Shown here in pieces: positions 52,786 through 62,826 of a stretch of 64,000 nt of DNA; the stretch's first letter is position 1, and every line of letters begins with the position of its first letter. The position numbers and the translations under genes were made by a program. The stretch is from the IMG/VR virus record IMGVR_UViG_3300023175_000030, positions 935-64,934 of that record. The stretch is one strand, 5' to 3'. This stretch comes from a virus. Taxonomy: Duplodnaviria; Caudoviricetes. Under the pieces are notes generated by a model. It was not told where the DNA came from and made no database searches. It saw only the letters and a program-made list of their open reading frames with translations.

Positions 52786-52805
52786 CTTTTAAACCCTTTT
52801 AATAT

Positions 52806-53009
52806 TTATTCTTCACTTTCAACATCACTATGCGCTGGATTATTAAACATTGTTTTTGCAAAATCCTGCTTGTAATTGTCGATTTCTTCCTGTCTCTTTG
52901 CATCAAGTACTGATTTAATATTATCAGCAACAACGGACGCTTTGCCTAAAACAGAATTGTCTACAATATCTATTGTTTTATTATTTATATTATCTTCATT
53001 CTCTGTCAT
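52806..53009 (-). CDS. gp67: prohead core protein (gp67-like)
   Basis: Small acidic ORF immediately after portal. Confidence 0.55.
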   Translation of the reverse strand: MTENEDNINNKTIDIVDNSVLGKASVVADNIKSVLDAKRQEEIDNYKQDFAKTMFNNPAHSDVESEE

Positions 53010-54512
53010 TTAAAAACCCTCATCTTCTTTTGGTTTACCAAAAAGCGGATCATCCGCCTCTTTCGTAATTTCATCTTTCATATTTTTAATTTCGTCATCA
53101 CTGAGTTTTAGAATGTTTCTCTGCACCCAAGTATTAGAGTAGTATTTACCGATTTGATCTGCCATCTCACCAGCAAGTGTAATTCTATCTCTAATCATTT
53201 CAGAATTTTTAATTTCTGAATAATATGAATCTTGTGTAAAATCAAAAATCAATTCTTGTGATATTGATTTCCACTCTTCTGATGTAATCACACCTTTCAA
53301 AATCAATTGTGTCTTAAGTAAGTCTAAAAATAAATTACTAAATTGATTTCTAAGTCTAACGATAAATCTGTTAAATTTATATTCATCTCTAGAAATTTCT
53401 GTCGCTCTTCCCAATGCAAGAGACTGATCTGGTTCTAATCTAGATGCAGGAACATTTAAAGATTTATATAACTTTTTCTGGAAGTATAGTACATCTTCCA
53501 TCTCCCCAAGATTTGTTCCGCCAGGCAGAGTCTCAATTTCTGTACCCCTACCACCTTCTCTTCTAGGGAACCAAAAATCTTCCAACATAGACATATGTTT
53601 GCGTTCATCCTTAATTTCACCAGTAGATGAATCATACGCAACTTTATTCTTATATCTATTCATAATGTCGGCGATATATTGTTCCGCCTTCACTTTGGGA
53701 AGATTGCCAACATCAATGTAGAAAACTCTTCTTTCTGGTGCTCTTGTCCATCTGTATATTACTACAGAATCTTCCACCATTTTTAGTTGGTTCAATGCCT
53801 TGATTGCTTTATGTAGATACCCAATTGTATAATTTCTTTTAGCGTCTTTTAGTCCAGAACTCACATATGCAATCGCATCAGGAGAAATGGGAATGCCTGT
53901 GGTTTTATCTGCACCATTAATGACACCCTTTTCATTATACAAATAAAATTCTTTTACTGATTTGATTAATGTTGGCCCACCAGGCTTTTCGTCCTTTTCT
54001 ACTTCTTTAACTTTTTTGATAGTGCGTGGGTCAATTTTTCTGAGTTCTTTGATACCTTCTTTTGGTTTATTTTCATCAATAATGATATGGAAATAAAGTC
54101 TTCCATCTATATACCAAGAACGAAAGATATCGTATCCTTGATTTTTAAAATCAAGAATATTTAAAACGTTATTGAATTCTTCTGTGATTTTATTTTTTAC
54201 AGTTTCTGTTTGCTCAAGATTTTTAGTTAATAATTTAACTGGATAATCATCCGTTTCATTAACTATTGCTTCAGAAACAATATCGTCAATCGCAACCTCG
54301 ACTTCTGGATAGATTGACATATCTCTATATCTATCGATAAGTTCTTGATCGCTTCTTGCGGTATTTTCTAAATTTAAAAATGTGCTGTAAAAATTTGAAG
54401 AAACTTCTAGAGAGTCTTCATCATTCGCCCCACTTGGTGGGACGAATGATTTAAGATTTTTGTTTTCCTCTCCAGTCTTTAGAAGAGTGAAGCCAAATAA
54501 TTTAATTTCCAT
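53010..54512 (-). CDS. gp20: portal protein gp20
   Basis: YLHKAIK..NQL.M.ED..VIYR..RAPERRVFYIDVGNLP, EDFWFPRREGGRGTEI.TLPG. Confidence 0.97.
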   Translation of the reverse strand: MEIKLFGFTLLKTGEENKNLKSFVPPSGANDEDSLEVSSNFYSTFLNLENTARSDQELIDRYRDMSIYPEVEVAIDDIVSEAIVNETDDYPVKLLTKNLEQTETVKNKITEEFNNVLNILDFKNQGYDIFRSWYIDGRLYFHIIIDENKPKEGIKELRKIDPRTIKKVKEVEKDEKPGGPTLIKSVKEFYLYNEKGVINGADKTTGIPISPDAIAYVSSGLKDAKRNYTIGYLHKAIKALNQLKMVEDSVVIYRWTRAPERRVFYIDVGNLPKVKAEQYIADIMNRYKNKVAYDSSTGEIKDERKHMSMLEDFWFPRREGGRGTEIETLPGGTNLGEMEDVLYFQKKLYKSLNVPASRLEPDQSLALGRATEISRDEYKFNRFIVRLRNQFSNLFLDLLKTQLILKGVITSEEWKSISQELIFDFTQDSYYSEIKNSEMIRDRITLAGEMADQIGKYYSNTWVQRNILKLSDDEIKNMKDEITKEADDPLFGKPKEDEGF

Positions 54513-54540
54513 ACTATATCCAACTCTTTAATTATTTAAA

Positions 54541-55089
54541 TTAAGAAGTTACAACGTTATCGTGCTGCCAATAGTCATATGCGAATGTTGCTGTAAATTC
54601 TTCCAACTGATCGTTTGCGTCCCAAGAAAGTTCTACTGCACCTAGTTCAGTTGGGAATAATCCTCTGAACTCATAGCGAGCGATAACACTTCCTTGTCCA
54701 TCCTTACCGTAGTGTTCTACAAATGCGTTTGATTTGTAGGCGGCAAGAGAATTTGATGCAAACTGTTGTGTATTCAAGTTATGCTGATTGATTGCGTTCA
54801 TCCACTGTTCTAATGAATTTCTTACTGCAAACTCTTCAGTATTAATTACTGTAACAGTCCATGGTTCAAATGTTCTATTACCAGCAACCCTTACCTGTCT
54901 ACCAAAGTAAGGGACATCAATCTGAGCGATTGTTGCTGAAGGAATCTGAGCAGCCCTTACAACGAATGCAAGTTCTGTTGGGGCGGCAGCACCTACCCCA
55001 GCAGGAAAATTCATTCTAACTCTAAATAAGTTAGGACGAGCGCCACCATCTGCAAAGTTTGACTTAAATTGTTCTATGTTGAATGCCAT
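54541..55089 (-). CDS. gp19: tail tube protein gp19
   Basis: GARPNLF.V, GR....AG.RTF..WT.TV.N, EEF..TF.YDYW. Confidence 0.93.
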   Translation of the reverse strand: MAFNIEQFKSNFADGGARPNLFRVRMNFPAGVGAAAPTELAFVVRAAQIPSATIAQIDVPYFGRQVRVAGNRTFEPWTVTVINTEEFAVRNSLEQWMNAINQHNLNTQQFASNSLAAYKSNAFVEHYGKDGQGSVIARYEFRGLFPTELGAVELSWDANDQLEEFTATFAYDYWQHDNVVTS

Positions 55090-55115
55090 TGTTTATTTTC
55101 TCCTGTTTTCTAATC

Positions 55116-55123
55116 TATTTATA
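55116..55123 (-). promoter_or_regulatory. T4 late promoter TATAAATA for gp19
   Basis: Exact consensus. Confidence 0.75.
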
Positions 55124-58100
55124 TTAAACTGCACCAACAATTTCATCAAAATCAACACCAGTTCTAACTGCAACAAAGTTGAGTTGAATGAAGTTGATCG
55201 ATCTTGCAGGTTTAATGTAGATGTCACCCACGAATTGATTCTGATCAATCACTTCGGCAGTGTTGTTTGTTTCATCACAAACTACTCTGAAGTCGTAAAT
55301 ACCTCTTCTTCCTTGCACTTCACGCAAGAATGGTTCGATGAGAGATGTAAACTGTGATCTAGTGAACTCATCATTGAACTCAAACAGAGTGAACTTGGCA
55401 GCAGCAGCAATAGACTTTTCAAGTACAATAAACAATCTTCTAACATTGATTCTACTAAATGCAGAACTCTTGGTAGTGAATGTCTTGTCACCAAATAATA
55501 CTGTTCCCTGTCCAGAGAAGTTAACGACTGGATTGATTGCATTTTTATACAACGAATCTCTGTCTGCTTTGTCTTGTGTTTGAAGTGTTTTAACAACATT
55601 TTTGACATTACCACGGTTAAATCCAGCAGGAGAATACCATGCATCTCTTTCTTGTTCACTTCTAACCATCAAACCAGCAACATCTCCATTGAATGGAACC
55701 CAACGGAACTTGTCAGCGTACTTATCATACTGATATTTATAGTTCGAATCTACAAATGCATAGTTATTTGAACCAACACTTCTCCAGAATGCGATTTGTG
55801 CATCTGAACTTCTTGCATTTGCATCAGTAACTACATCTGCATATCTTGGAGACAGACATGCAACCGTATCTTTTCTATCAGAAGCAACTTGGATAAGTTT
55901 TGCAGCTGCAGCTCTTGCAGCATCTACACTAGATGCAATTTCAAGTGCTTCACCAGCAAGTAAGAAGGCGATGTCAACATTTTCAGAATCAGCAAATAGA
56001 TCTGTTCCGTTAGAGAACGCACCAGTAGTAGGTGCAATTCCGTTTCTACCGTTTCCAAACTCTCTTTCAACATATTGTTCTGCACCAGTTGCGGAACCTG
56101 TTGTATTAAGTCTTGCAAAACTTGTCTTTGTTAGTGTAATATCTTGACCCCAATCGGTAGTACCTGTTGGATGGTTAAGGACATAAACATAATTAGACAA
56201 ATTATTAATACGGTCAACATAATAGATGTTTGTACCATCTTCTGTCTTACCGTTACTTGCTTTTGACATATTTTCTAAAACTTCTACTACTGTTTCACCA
56301 GCAGGAGACATTTCAGTAACAACGATTGAAATACCTTGTGAATCATTAGTTACTGGGTCAACAGTATTATCATCAGCATTCGGAGCACCACTAAGAACTG
56401 CAGCAATTGATGGTTCGTTGATTACAAAGTTATCATATGAAGATTCGTCTACAAGATAAATTTTGTATCTATTACCAACGGCACCAGAATCTTTAAATGC
56501 AAATTCGTGGCCACTAAATCCAGCATTACCAAACCCAAGTGCGTCAAACGCATCTTTGTTTGGAAGATATACTGTTGTACTAAATGTATATGTTGTTTCT
56601 TCTGGTAAGTTTGTTCTTACAACGATGGCGTCACCACCAGCAGGAGCGGTTGCAAACAAGATTCTTGTTCTATCTCCAACCAAACTAAATCCATTATTTG
56701 TAGCACCTTCTGTGTATGGAACACCATTAACAGTAACCTCTACAGTTTGTGTCGCAGTAACAGCTTGTCCAAGTGTAAATGAACGTCTTGCAGGAACAGT
56801 AATAGTTACTGTTTCACCTGTAAGTGGTGCATTTGAAAGGAAAGTAAAATCTGCACTATTCGCAGCGATACTATAGTCTGTTGCAGCATATACACCATCA
56901 ACATCATTTGTTGCAGCGATAGATTGATTTTCTACTGCATATGTACCTGGCGCATTTGACAATGTGAACACAGTTTGTTGTGCAACATTAATTACAACTT
57001 GGTCGTTTGCATCTGCGAACAATTTAATTGCAGTGTTTGCAGGAGCAGCTGCGGTTGCAGTATTTTCAAACTCATCTGGCATATACCAAACTTTATAAAT
57101 GTTACCACCAGCGACATTTGGAGAAAGTGTATCTACTGAAATATCAACAGCAGAACCAGCAGTATTTGCTTGGAAGTCAAAAGTTGCAGAAAGTCCGATT
57201 GTTGCAGCATTTACAGATGCAACATAATAAATCGTTCCGTCTGTAAGACCTACTGCGGCACCAGCATTTTCTACATACACAACTGCATCACCAACTTGGA
57301 AACCATGGTCTGCGTTATCTAAAGTAACAGTATCGTTTGTGTCAGAAGTCAGTGTAATTCCACCACCATACTTTTGGAAGAAGTATGCAACGGCGACTCC
57401 ATCACCATTATATGTTCCTGCATCAGCGATTTCTGCGTCAGAAACTCTGTCGTATACTGGGTAATAAAAACCAGAACCAAGATTTGTTGTTGCTGCACCA
57501 ACTGTAGCACCATCCGCTGAATGGATGTAATATGGCCCAGAGTTTGCAGTTTGTCCAACTGGTGTTTCAAATGTAATTGCTTGTCCAGATAGAGAGTAAC
57601 GTGCTGTTGGAACGAGTCCACCAGAAGTTTCATTTACACCTCTTACGGAAACTTGAACATCTGACCCAGAGAGAATGCGAACTGGAGTATCAGTACCAGC
57701 TGCGGCGCCGGAACTAGTAACTAGTGCGTTACCAGTATCCTGTCTTGGTAAAAGATAGTTTCCTGCACTATCTGCAGTTGTATGTAAATCAACACTTGCA
57801 GTTGGTGCTGTGGTACTAACTGCATAAGTGAATGCTTGTGCAGATGAACCAAATACTGTATCAGTTGTTGAAGACTGTCCAGTAAAATTGTCTGTTCTTG
57901 CAGTTGCAACTGTTGCAGCGGCAATACCAGATATTGCGTTTTTAATTCTATTTGCGTCATTTGAATCATCATCATTCGCAACTCTAACAACTTTCAATGA
58001 ATTTGAATATGAAAGGAAGTTAGCCGCTGTGAACCATGATCTATAGTTGTCTTCAGCTGGATCGCCAAAGTGATATCTCAATTCTTCAACGCTACTTACG

Positions 58101-58231
58101 GTTACGATTTCGTCAATTGGGCCTTTACTAAACCTACCAACCAAACCACCAGTATTGGTGGCTAATGCTGGAACACTAGTAGAAGCATCAATCTCTGAAA
58201 TGTTAACGCCAGGACTTACTTGGAATGCCAT
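55124..58231 (-). CDS. gp18: tail sheath protein gp18 (1035 aa, large beta-rich insertion)
   Basis: SPGV...E.D N-terminus, WYSPAG.NRG, INVRRLF, FEFNDEFTR, IKPARSINFI.L.F. Confidence 0.95.
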   Translation of the reverse strand: MAFQVSPGVNISEIDASTSVPALATNTGGLVGRFSKGPIDEIVTVSSVEELRYHFGDPAEDNYRSWFTAANFLSYSNSLKVVRVANDDDSNDANRIKNAISGIAAATVATARTDNFTGQSSTTDTVFGSSAQAFTYAVSTTAPTASVDLHTTADSAGNYLLPRQDTGNALVTSSGAAAGTDTPVRILSGSDVQVSVRGVNETSGGLVPTARYSLSGQAITFETPVGQTANSGPYYIHSADGATVGAATTNLGSGFYYPVYDRVSDAEIADAGTYNGDGVAVAYFFQKYGGGITLTSDTNDTVTLDNADHGFQVGDAVVYVENAGAAVGLTDGTIYYVASVNAATIGLSATFDFQANTAGSAVDISVDTLSPNVAGGNIYKVWYMPDEFENTATAAAPANTAIKLFADANDQVVINVAQQTVFTLSNAPGTYAVENQSIAATNDVDGVYAATDYSIAANSADFTFLSNAPLTGETVTITVPARRSFTLGQAVTATQTVEVTVNGVPYTEGATNNGFSLVGDRTRILFATAPAGGDAIVVRTNLPEETTYTFSTTVYLPNKDAFDALGFGNAGFSGHEFAFKDSGAVGNRYKIYLVDESSYDNFVINEPSIAAVLSGAPNADDNTVDPVTNDSQGISIVVTEMSPAGETVVEVLENMSKASNGKTEDGTNIYYVDRINNLSNYVYVLNHPTGTTDWGQDITLTKTSFARLNTTGSATGAEQYVEREFGNGRNGIAPTTGAFSNGTDLFADSENVDIAFLLAGEALEIASSVDAARAAAAKLIQVASDRKDTVACLSPRYADVVTDANARSSDAQIAFWRSVGSNNYAFVDSNYKYQYDKYADKFRWVPFNGDVAGLMVRSEQERDAWYSPAGFNRGNVKNVVKTLQTQDKADRDSLYKNAINPVVNFSGQGTVLFGDKTFTTKSSAFSRINVRRLFIVLEKSIAAAAKFTLFEFNDEFTRSQFTSLIEPFLREVQGRRGIYDFRVVCDETNNTAEVIDQNQFVGDIYIKPARSINFIQLNFVAVRTGVDFDEIVGAV

Positions 58232-58272
58232 TTTTTATCTCCTTTAAATTATTTTATAGTGTATTTTCTATT

Positions 58273-58280
58273 TATTTATA
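58273..58280 (-). promoter_or_regulatory. T4 late promoter TATAAATA for gp18
   Basis: Exact consensus. Confidence 0.8.
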
Positions 58281-58304
58281 AAAACAACAAATTCACCTAA
58301 TTAC

Positions 58305-59930
58305 CTAATTGGTGTCTTCTGTAGTCCATCTGTCTCCATCAGCATCAACAAAAGATTCGAAATCATAACTGGATGAAATAAATCCAAATGGTAACATATT
58401 TTCCTCAATATTTCTTAACCTCTCCTCATAAATTTCGTTTCTTGTGTCAATATCAGATAATTCTTTAAAATAGTCATCAGTTGTCATCCAAGAGAACAAA
58501 ATTAATGTGTCCACCAAATCGTCATTTTTACCAACATCTGCTTGATATTTATGACCCTTCGAAATAAAACTTGTTAATTCATTGATTGTATCAAAATCTT
58601 GTATTAAAATTTTATCTTCCTCAACTAAACTCTTAAGATTTAAACATCCTATTTTTTTAGTTGCCTTTGTTGTTCTAATTCCTAGTGTAGTTCCGCCTCT
58701 TCCACCAAAGCCTCCACTAACACTTTGACCTTTTCTTGTGTCGTTGTGAATACTTATCATATTTTCATATTCTAACTCATGATATAAGATGTCCGAAACT
58801 TGTTGTCCGACATCATTTACTTCTATCAAAACATAAGAGTCATTATATATCTGACACATCTTTTTGATTACAGTAGGATATACCATAGGAGGAATTAAAT
58901 TCGACCTAAAAACTGCAACCTGTTTATACGGAACTTCAGACGCATCAAATATAGAGAATGCAGAATAATCTAATCCTCTACCTCTAGATACATCTACTGT
59001 AGTAAAATATACTCTTCCTTCTCTAGGCTTCTCATATATTTTTAGACTTCCATTTTCTAATTTCTCAAGTGGATTTCTATATGCCAGAGTTTTTAATTTT
59101 GTTGGACTAATTAAAGTATTTGAACTTCCTAAAAACTCAGTTTCAAATTCTTGTCTGAACTGTTCTTCAGATGTATTTTTAATTGTTGTTTTTTTCCACT
59201 CCTCATCCCTGCCTGGCACTTCACTCCAGTGTACAGAAATAGGATTATATGTATTTCTTCCTTCTTCTGCATCAACCCACAATTTATAGAAATGATTCAT
59301 TCCTTGCGGAGTTGATACAATAAGAACTTTAGTTGATTCACCAGATGAAATTGTAGGATACACAGAATTAAAAAATTCCTCTGCAATTTCATTTGGAACG
59401 AATGCGAATTCGTCCAAGAAAAGAATATTAAAAGAACCACCACGAATTGCACTTGATGATGTTGCAGCTGCAAGTACCTTTGCACCGTTCTCTAATTCGA
59501 TAGAACCTTTATTCCAAACCATCACGCCTTGTTGTAACCATTTTGGAAGATTCTCGTATGCTCTTTGTAGTCTACTTAATAATTCCCTTGCAGTGGCAAG
59601 TTTGTTTGCAAGTAATGCAACAGAAACATCTTTGTTGAAAAGAATATAGTGAAGAAAGAATGCAATACATGTAATAGACTTACCAGACTGTCTCCCAATT
59701 TTACAAATAGTAAATCTTTCATCATGAAATGATCTAATCATCTTTTCTTGGAATGGATATAGGTCAAAGTTTACCAAACCCTTGTCAACATTGACAATCT
59801 TCATATATGTCTTAATAAAATGTACAGGGTCTTCCATACACTTGACATATTCTGCGGCCTGTTCTTCAGTCCATTCAATCTCAACCCCAGCTGCTTTTAG
59901 ATTGGGGTTGTTGTGATATACTTCACTCAT
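58305..59930 (-). CDS. gp17: terminase large subunit gp17
   Basis: RQSGKS, LDEFAF, STPQG.NHF, QEF..EFLGS, DVSRG.G.DYS, DDLV. Confidence 0.97.
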   Translation of the reverse strand: MSEVYHNNPNLKAAGVEIEWTEEQAAEYVKCMEDPVHFIKTYMKIVNVDKGLVNFDLYPFQEKMIRSFHDERFTICKIGRQSGKSITCIAFFLHYILFNKDVSVALLANKLATARELLSRLQRAYENLPKWLQQGVMVWNKGSIELENGAKVLAAATSSSAIRGGSFNILFLDEFAFVPNEIAEEFFNSVYPTISSGESTKVLIVSTPQGMNHFYKLWVDAEEGRNTYNPISVHWSEVPGRDEEWKKTTIKNTSEEQFRQEFETEFLGSSNTLISPTKLKTLAYRNPLEKLENGSLKIYEKPREGRVYFTTVDVSRGRGLDYSAFSIFDASEVPYKQVAVFRSNLIPPMVYPTVIKKMCQIYNDSYVLIEVNDVGQQVSDILYHELEYENMISIHNDTRKGQSVSGGFGGRGGTTLGIRTTKATKKIGCLNLKSLVEEDKILIQDFDTINELTSFISKGHKYQADVGKNDDLVDTLILFSWMTTDDYFKELSDIDTRNEIYEERLRNIEENMLPFGFISSSYDFESFVDADGDRWTTEDTN

Positions 59931-60381
59931 CAGTATCTTCTTCTCTATTTTTACCTCTTAGTCTTTCTAAGAGTTCATTGGTACTTCCAACCAATATTGC
60001 GTTATTCACTACTTTTTGTGGAACTCCACCGTCTTTAGTGTTTTCTATTTTATTCATTGTCAATTGAAGTTCTATTAAATCTTTTGCTAAATCGCCAGTA
60101 GTTTTCAAAAGTCCTGCAGTCACTTCATATGCTCTGGGATGTTCACTTTCCCTTGCAATCATCATCAAATTTTGTAAAGATTCTTGTCCCATAGAAACTA
60201 AATCTTTTAAAAGTTCTCTGTGATATTGATAGTCTTCTTCAATATCTTCGTTTCTAGATTCTTTGTCTTTATAAATTTCTACATTATTTTTTTGACGCTC
60301 TATTATTTCTTGTGATTTCTTTTCTATTTTGTTATCGATTTCAAGAAACTTACTTAACTGCTCATCATCTAGTTTCTTCAT
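59923..60381 (-). CDS. gp16: terminase small subunit gp16
   Basis: EDY...R, A..SEHPRAYEV, NNA..VGST.EL. Confidence 0.9.
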   Translation of the reverse strand: MKKLDDEQLSKFLEIDNKIEKKSQEIIERQKNNVEIYKDKESRNEDIEEDYQYHRELLKDLVSMGQESLQNLMMIARESEHPRAYEVTAGLLKTTGDLAKDLIELQLTMNKIENTKDGGVPQKVVNNAILVGSTNELLERLRGKNREEDTDE

Positions 60382-60383
60382 TG

Positions 60384-61151
60384 TTATTCTCCAAAGTCTT
60401 CATTAAATGTGGTCAAAAATTCATAGTTATCTGTTTGAAGTGCATTACTAGGGTCAGTTGTTACTGTTGCTTCCGCATATGTTACTTCTGAACTATCTAA
60501 GTCGCCCACTGTTGCAGTACTTGTTCTAATGATTTTTTGTTCTCTTGGAACACCATAGAAAAATCCATTTAATGTAAATTCTAATGTCCACAGAAGCGCT
60601 CTTCTAGATAGAAAGTCTCCTTCATAATCATCCTCATATGATACAGAATTTAATGTCAGTCCTGTATCACGAATTACACTTAACTCATTCGCTTCTTTTA
60701 TTGGTATATTAAAGGTAGGAGTAAAGTATGGTAATATCTGTTCTACTATTTGAGTTGCGTCATCCGCATTTTTTGCCATGACTGTTAGAGTGAATCCAAT
60801 ATCATAAGGGACTGGATTATACACATAATTTTTAGTATTCGGGTCTGCAGAATTTGGTCTAGACATTTTTTGTGTCTTAGAAAATTTTCTTTCTGGTGCG
60901 TATGTAAATCCAGAAATTTCAAAGCTCATTCTAGGCAAGGTGATTGCAACAGAATCTCCAAGATTTCCTGCTGGTTGATTTATTCTTGCCAGATATTTTT
61001 GTGAAGGGCCGTATGCAAGGGGAACCTTAATCGTTTCCAACACATCTCCATTGGCGTTTCTTCTATCGATAGTAATATCATCGAATATAGAACCAAATGC
61101 AATAACATAGTTTCTAATTGTACTTCTATAATATGGACTATTACCTAACAT
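60384..61151 (-). CDS. gp15: tail sheath stabiliser/terminator gp15
   Basis: FG..F.DI, VPLAYGP..K, LPRMSFE, QIVEQILPYF.P. Confidence 0.92.
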   Translation of the reverse strand: MLGNSPYYRSTIRNYVIAFGSIFDDITIDRRNANGDVLETIKVPLAYGPSQKYLARINQPAGNLGDSVAITLPRMSFEISGFTYAPERKFSKTQKMSRPNSADPNTKNYVYNPVPYDIGFTLTVMAKNADDATQIVEQILPYFTPTFNIPIKEANELSVIRDTGLTLNSVSYEDDYEGDFLSRRALLWTLEFTLNGFFYGVPREQKIIRTSTATVGDLDSSEVTYAEATVTTDPSNALQTDNYEFLTTFNEDFGE

Positions 61152-62032
61152 TAGTAATCCTCACTGAATGGGTTTCCAACGGTAAAGTCGATAACCTTTT
61201 CTACATTTGAACTTGAACCAGTGAATACTGTGTCTTGTCCAGAAGTTCCATCTGTGGTGTCTGTTGTCTTGTTTTCTGTATATACAATTTGTTGCGTTGC
61301 GCCCAATAGATAATTCGCACCACTGTCTCTACCAACAGTATTTGTGTTTTGTGCAAAACTCCCTGTGAGGTTTGAAAGTTTCAAAACCTTAGTTCCAGAA
61401 TTCCAAGTTTCTACTGTACCTGTTGCTGTTGCTGAATCGAAGTTTGCACCTTGATATACTATTTCACCTACGGTAAATTCGCCAGTTCCAGTACCCAAAG
61501 TTAAATCAACAGTAACAAATGTCTGTTGTTGAATGTCATCAATCTCATCAATTCCTGTATTAAACTTCTCACTTGAGAATTCGAATGATTCTGTAGATAG
61601 TCTATAGACATATCTTTTGCCTAATTGCCAGAATGCAACTTCGTCTTCTACAAATTTAATTTCATAAACTTTATCTTGTAGAGGCCAGTATACTAAATCG
61701 CCTTCTTGTGGATATTGCATAGTGGATTCTTCTTCCCACCTTTTAATAGATACAATAAGATTTAATTGATCTCTAATCTCTAAACCAAACTTTGATAAGA
61801 AGTCGCCCTCTCCTTGGAAACCATCTGCATCTTCAATATACATTTCAATAGAGAACGCATCATTGAATTCGGATATAGTTGACTCGTTAAAAACAGTATC
61901 TTCGTTTACATCAGTTCTTTTCAGATAATACATATCCTGCCCGTGAATCTGAATTGATTCAGCAACAAGATTTTCTGTTAAGGATTGCTCTGGTGCAAAT
62001 GATATAGTGTTAAAATACTGATTTGTAGCCAT
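61151..62032 (-). CDS. gp14: neck protein gp14
   Basis: L..ESIQIHG...YY, SKFGL, EGDL.Y.P, E.F.TG..EID, NPF. Confidence 0.92.
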   Translation of the reverse strand: MATNQYFNTISFAPEQSLTENLVAESIQIHGQDMYYLKRTDVNEDTVFNESTISEFNDAFSIEMYIEDADGFQGEGDFLSKFGLEIRDQLNLIVSIKRWEEESTMQYPQEGDLVYWPLQDKVYEIKFVEDEVAFWQLGKRYVYRLSTESFEFSSEKFNTGIDEIDDIQQQTFVTVDLTLGTGTGEFTVGEIVYQGANFDSATATGTVETWNSGTKVLKLSNLTGSFAQNTNTVGRDSGANYLLGATQQIVYTENKTTDTTDGTSGQDTVFTGSSSNVEKVIDFTVGNPFSEDY

Positions 62033-62036
62033 ATGA

Positions 62037-62783
62037 CTATCCCACCATAATGTCTACAGGAAGTTCATAACTTAAAGACATTTCTTGTTCCAGTTGTTCT
62101 ATTTCTTGATTTGCTTCATCAAGAATTCTGGAACCGTTGAAGGTCACACCTCCAGGCATCGAAATGCCTTCGTACTTCGATAAATTTTCTCCCCATTGTT
62201 TTTTAATCAGTGCGGTTGCATATCTTTTTAACCATCTGTCATTCCAAACATCTGTATAAACATCAGGGTCAAGAACCCTCATCGCTTCTACGATAATAAA
62301 CTCACCAACAACTAGCGCTTCATCCCAATCAATATCAAGATGAAGTTGGTTTTGGTGTCTATTAAATCTGATAGGAACTTGTCCAGTAATCATATCATTG
62401 ACTAACTGAATATGACTTTGAGTCAATTCATATGATAACATCTCTGTACTTCTTAAATTATAAACATCATTTAAGAACATTTGATATCTAACATCAAACA
62501 TGTTTGTACTGTGACTGAATTTTTCGTAAAGAGGAATTACTCTTTTAACTCCAATTACTAAGTCATTAATAGGAATATATCGATTTGTAATATCGTCTTC
62601 AGTTATTTGGTGCTTGAGAAAAACATCCTCTACCGCATCAAAATGATAGTCACGATAAAACTCTAGTGCATCGTCTACACGATCTTCTACTTGTTCATCT
62701 GCGACATTTATTTGAATAACTGGAGAACCTAGTTTTCTAAGACAATATTCTTTAAATTCAGCTCTAGATGTAACTACGGCCAT
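62037..62783 (-). CDS. gp13: neck protein gp13
   Basis: YCLR.LG.PVI.INV...Q..D, WLK.YATA..K.QWG.NL.K..G..MPGGV..NG. Confidence 0.93.
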   Translation of the reverse strand: MAVVTSRAEFKEYCLRKLGSPVIQINVADEQVEDRVDDALEFYRDYHFDAVEDVFLKHQITEDDITNRYIPINDLVIGVKRVIPLYEKFSHSTNMFDVRYQMFLNDVYNLRSTEMLSYELTQSHIQLVNDMITGQVPIRFNRHQNQLHLDIDWDEALVVGEFIIVEAMRVLDPDVYTDVWNDRWLKRYATALIKKQWGENLSKYEGISMPGGVTFNGSRILDEANQEIEQLEQEMSLSYELPVDIMVG

Positions 62784-62807
62784 GTCATACCTCTCTTTTG
62801 ATATGAC

Positions 62808-62815
62808 TATTTATA
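62808..62815 (-). promoter_or_regulatory. T4 late promoter TATAAATA for gp13 operon
   Basis: Exact consensus. Confidence 0.75.
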
Positions 62816-62826
62816 TGTTTTTTAAG

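Noticed and set aside
184-58046. Numerous plus-strand ORFs of 60-187 aa in the ORF track
   Set aside because: They are antisense shadows of well-supported minus-strand genes or tRNAs, with no recognisable motifs
8785-59930. Introns/inteins in nrdA, nrdB, gp41, gp43, gp17, gp20
   Set aside because: All are continuous ORFs of ordinary length, with no splice-junction or homing-endonuclease insertions seen
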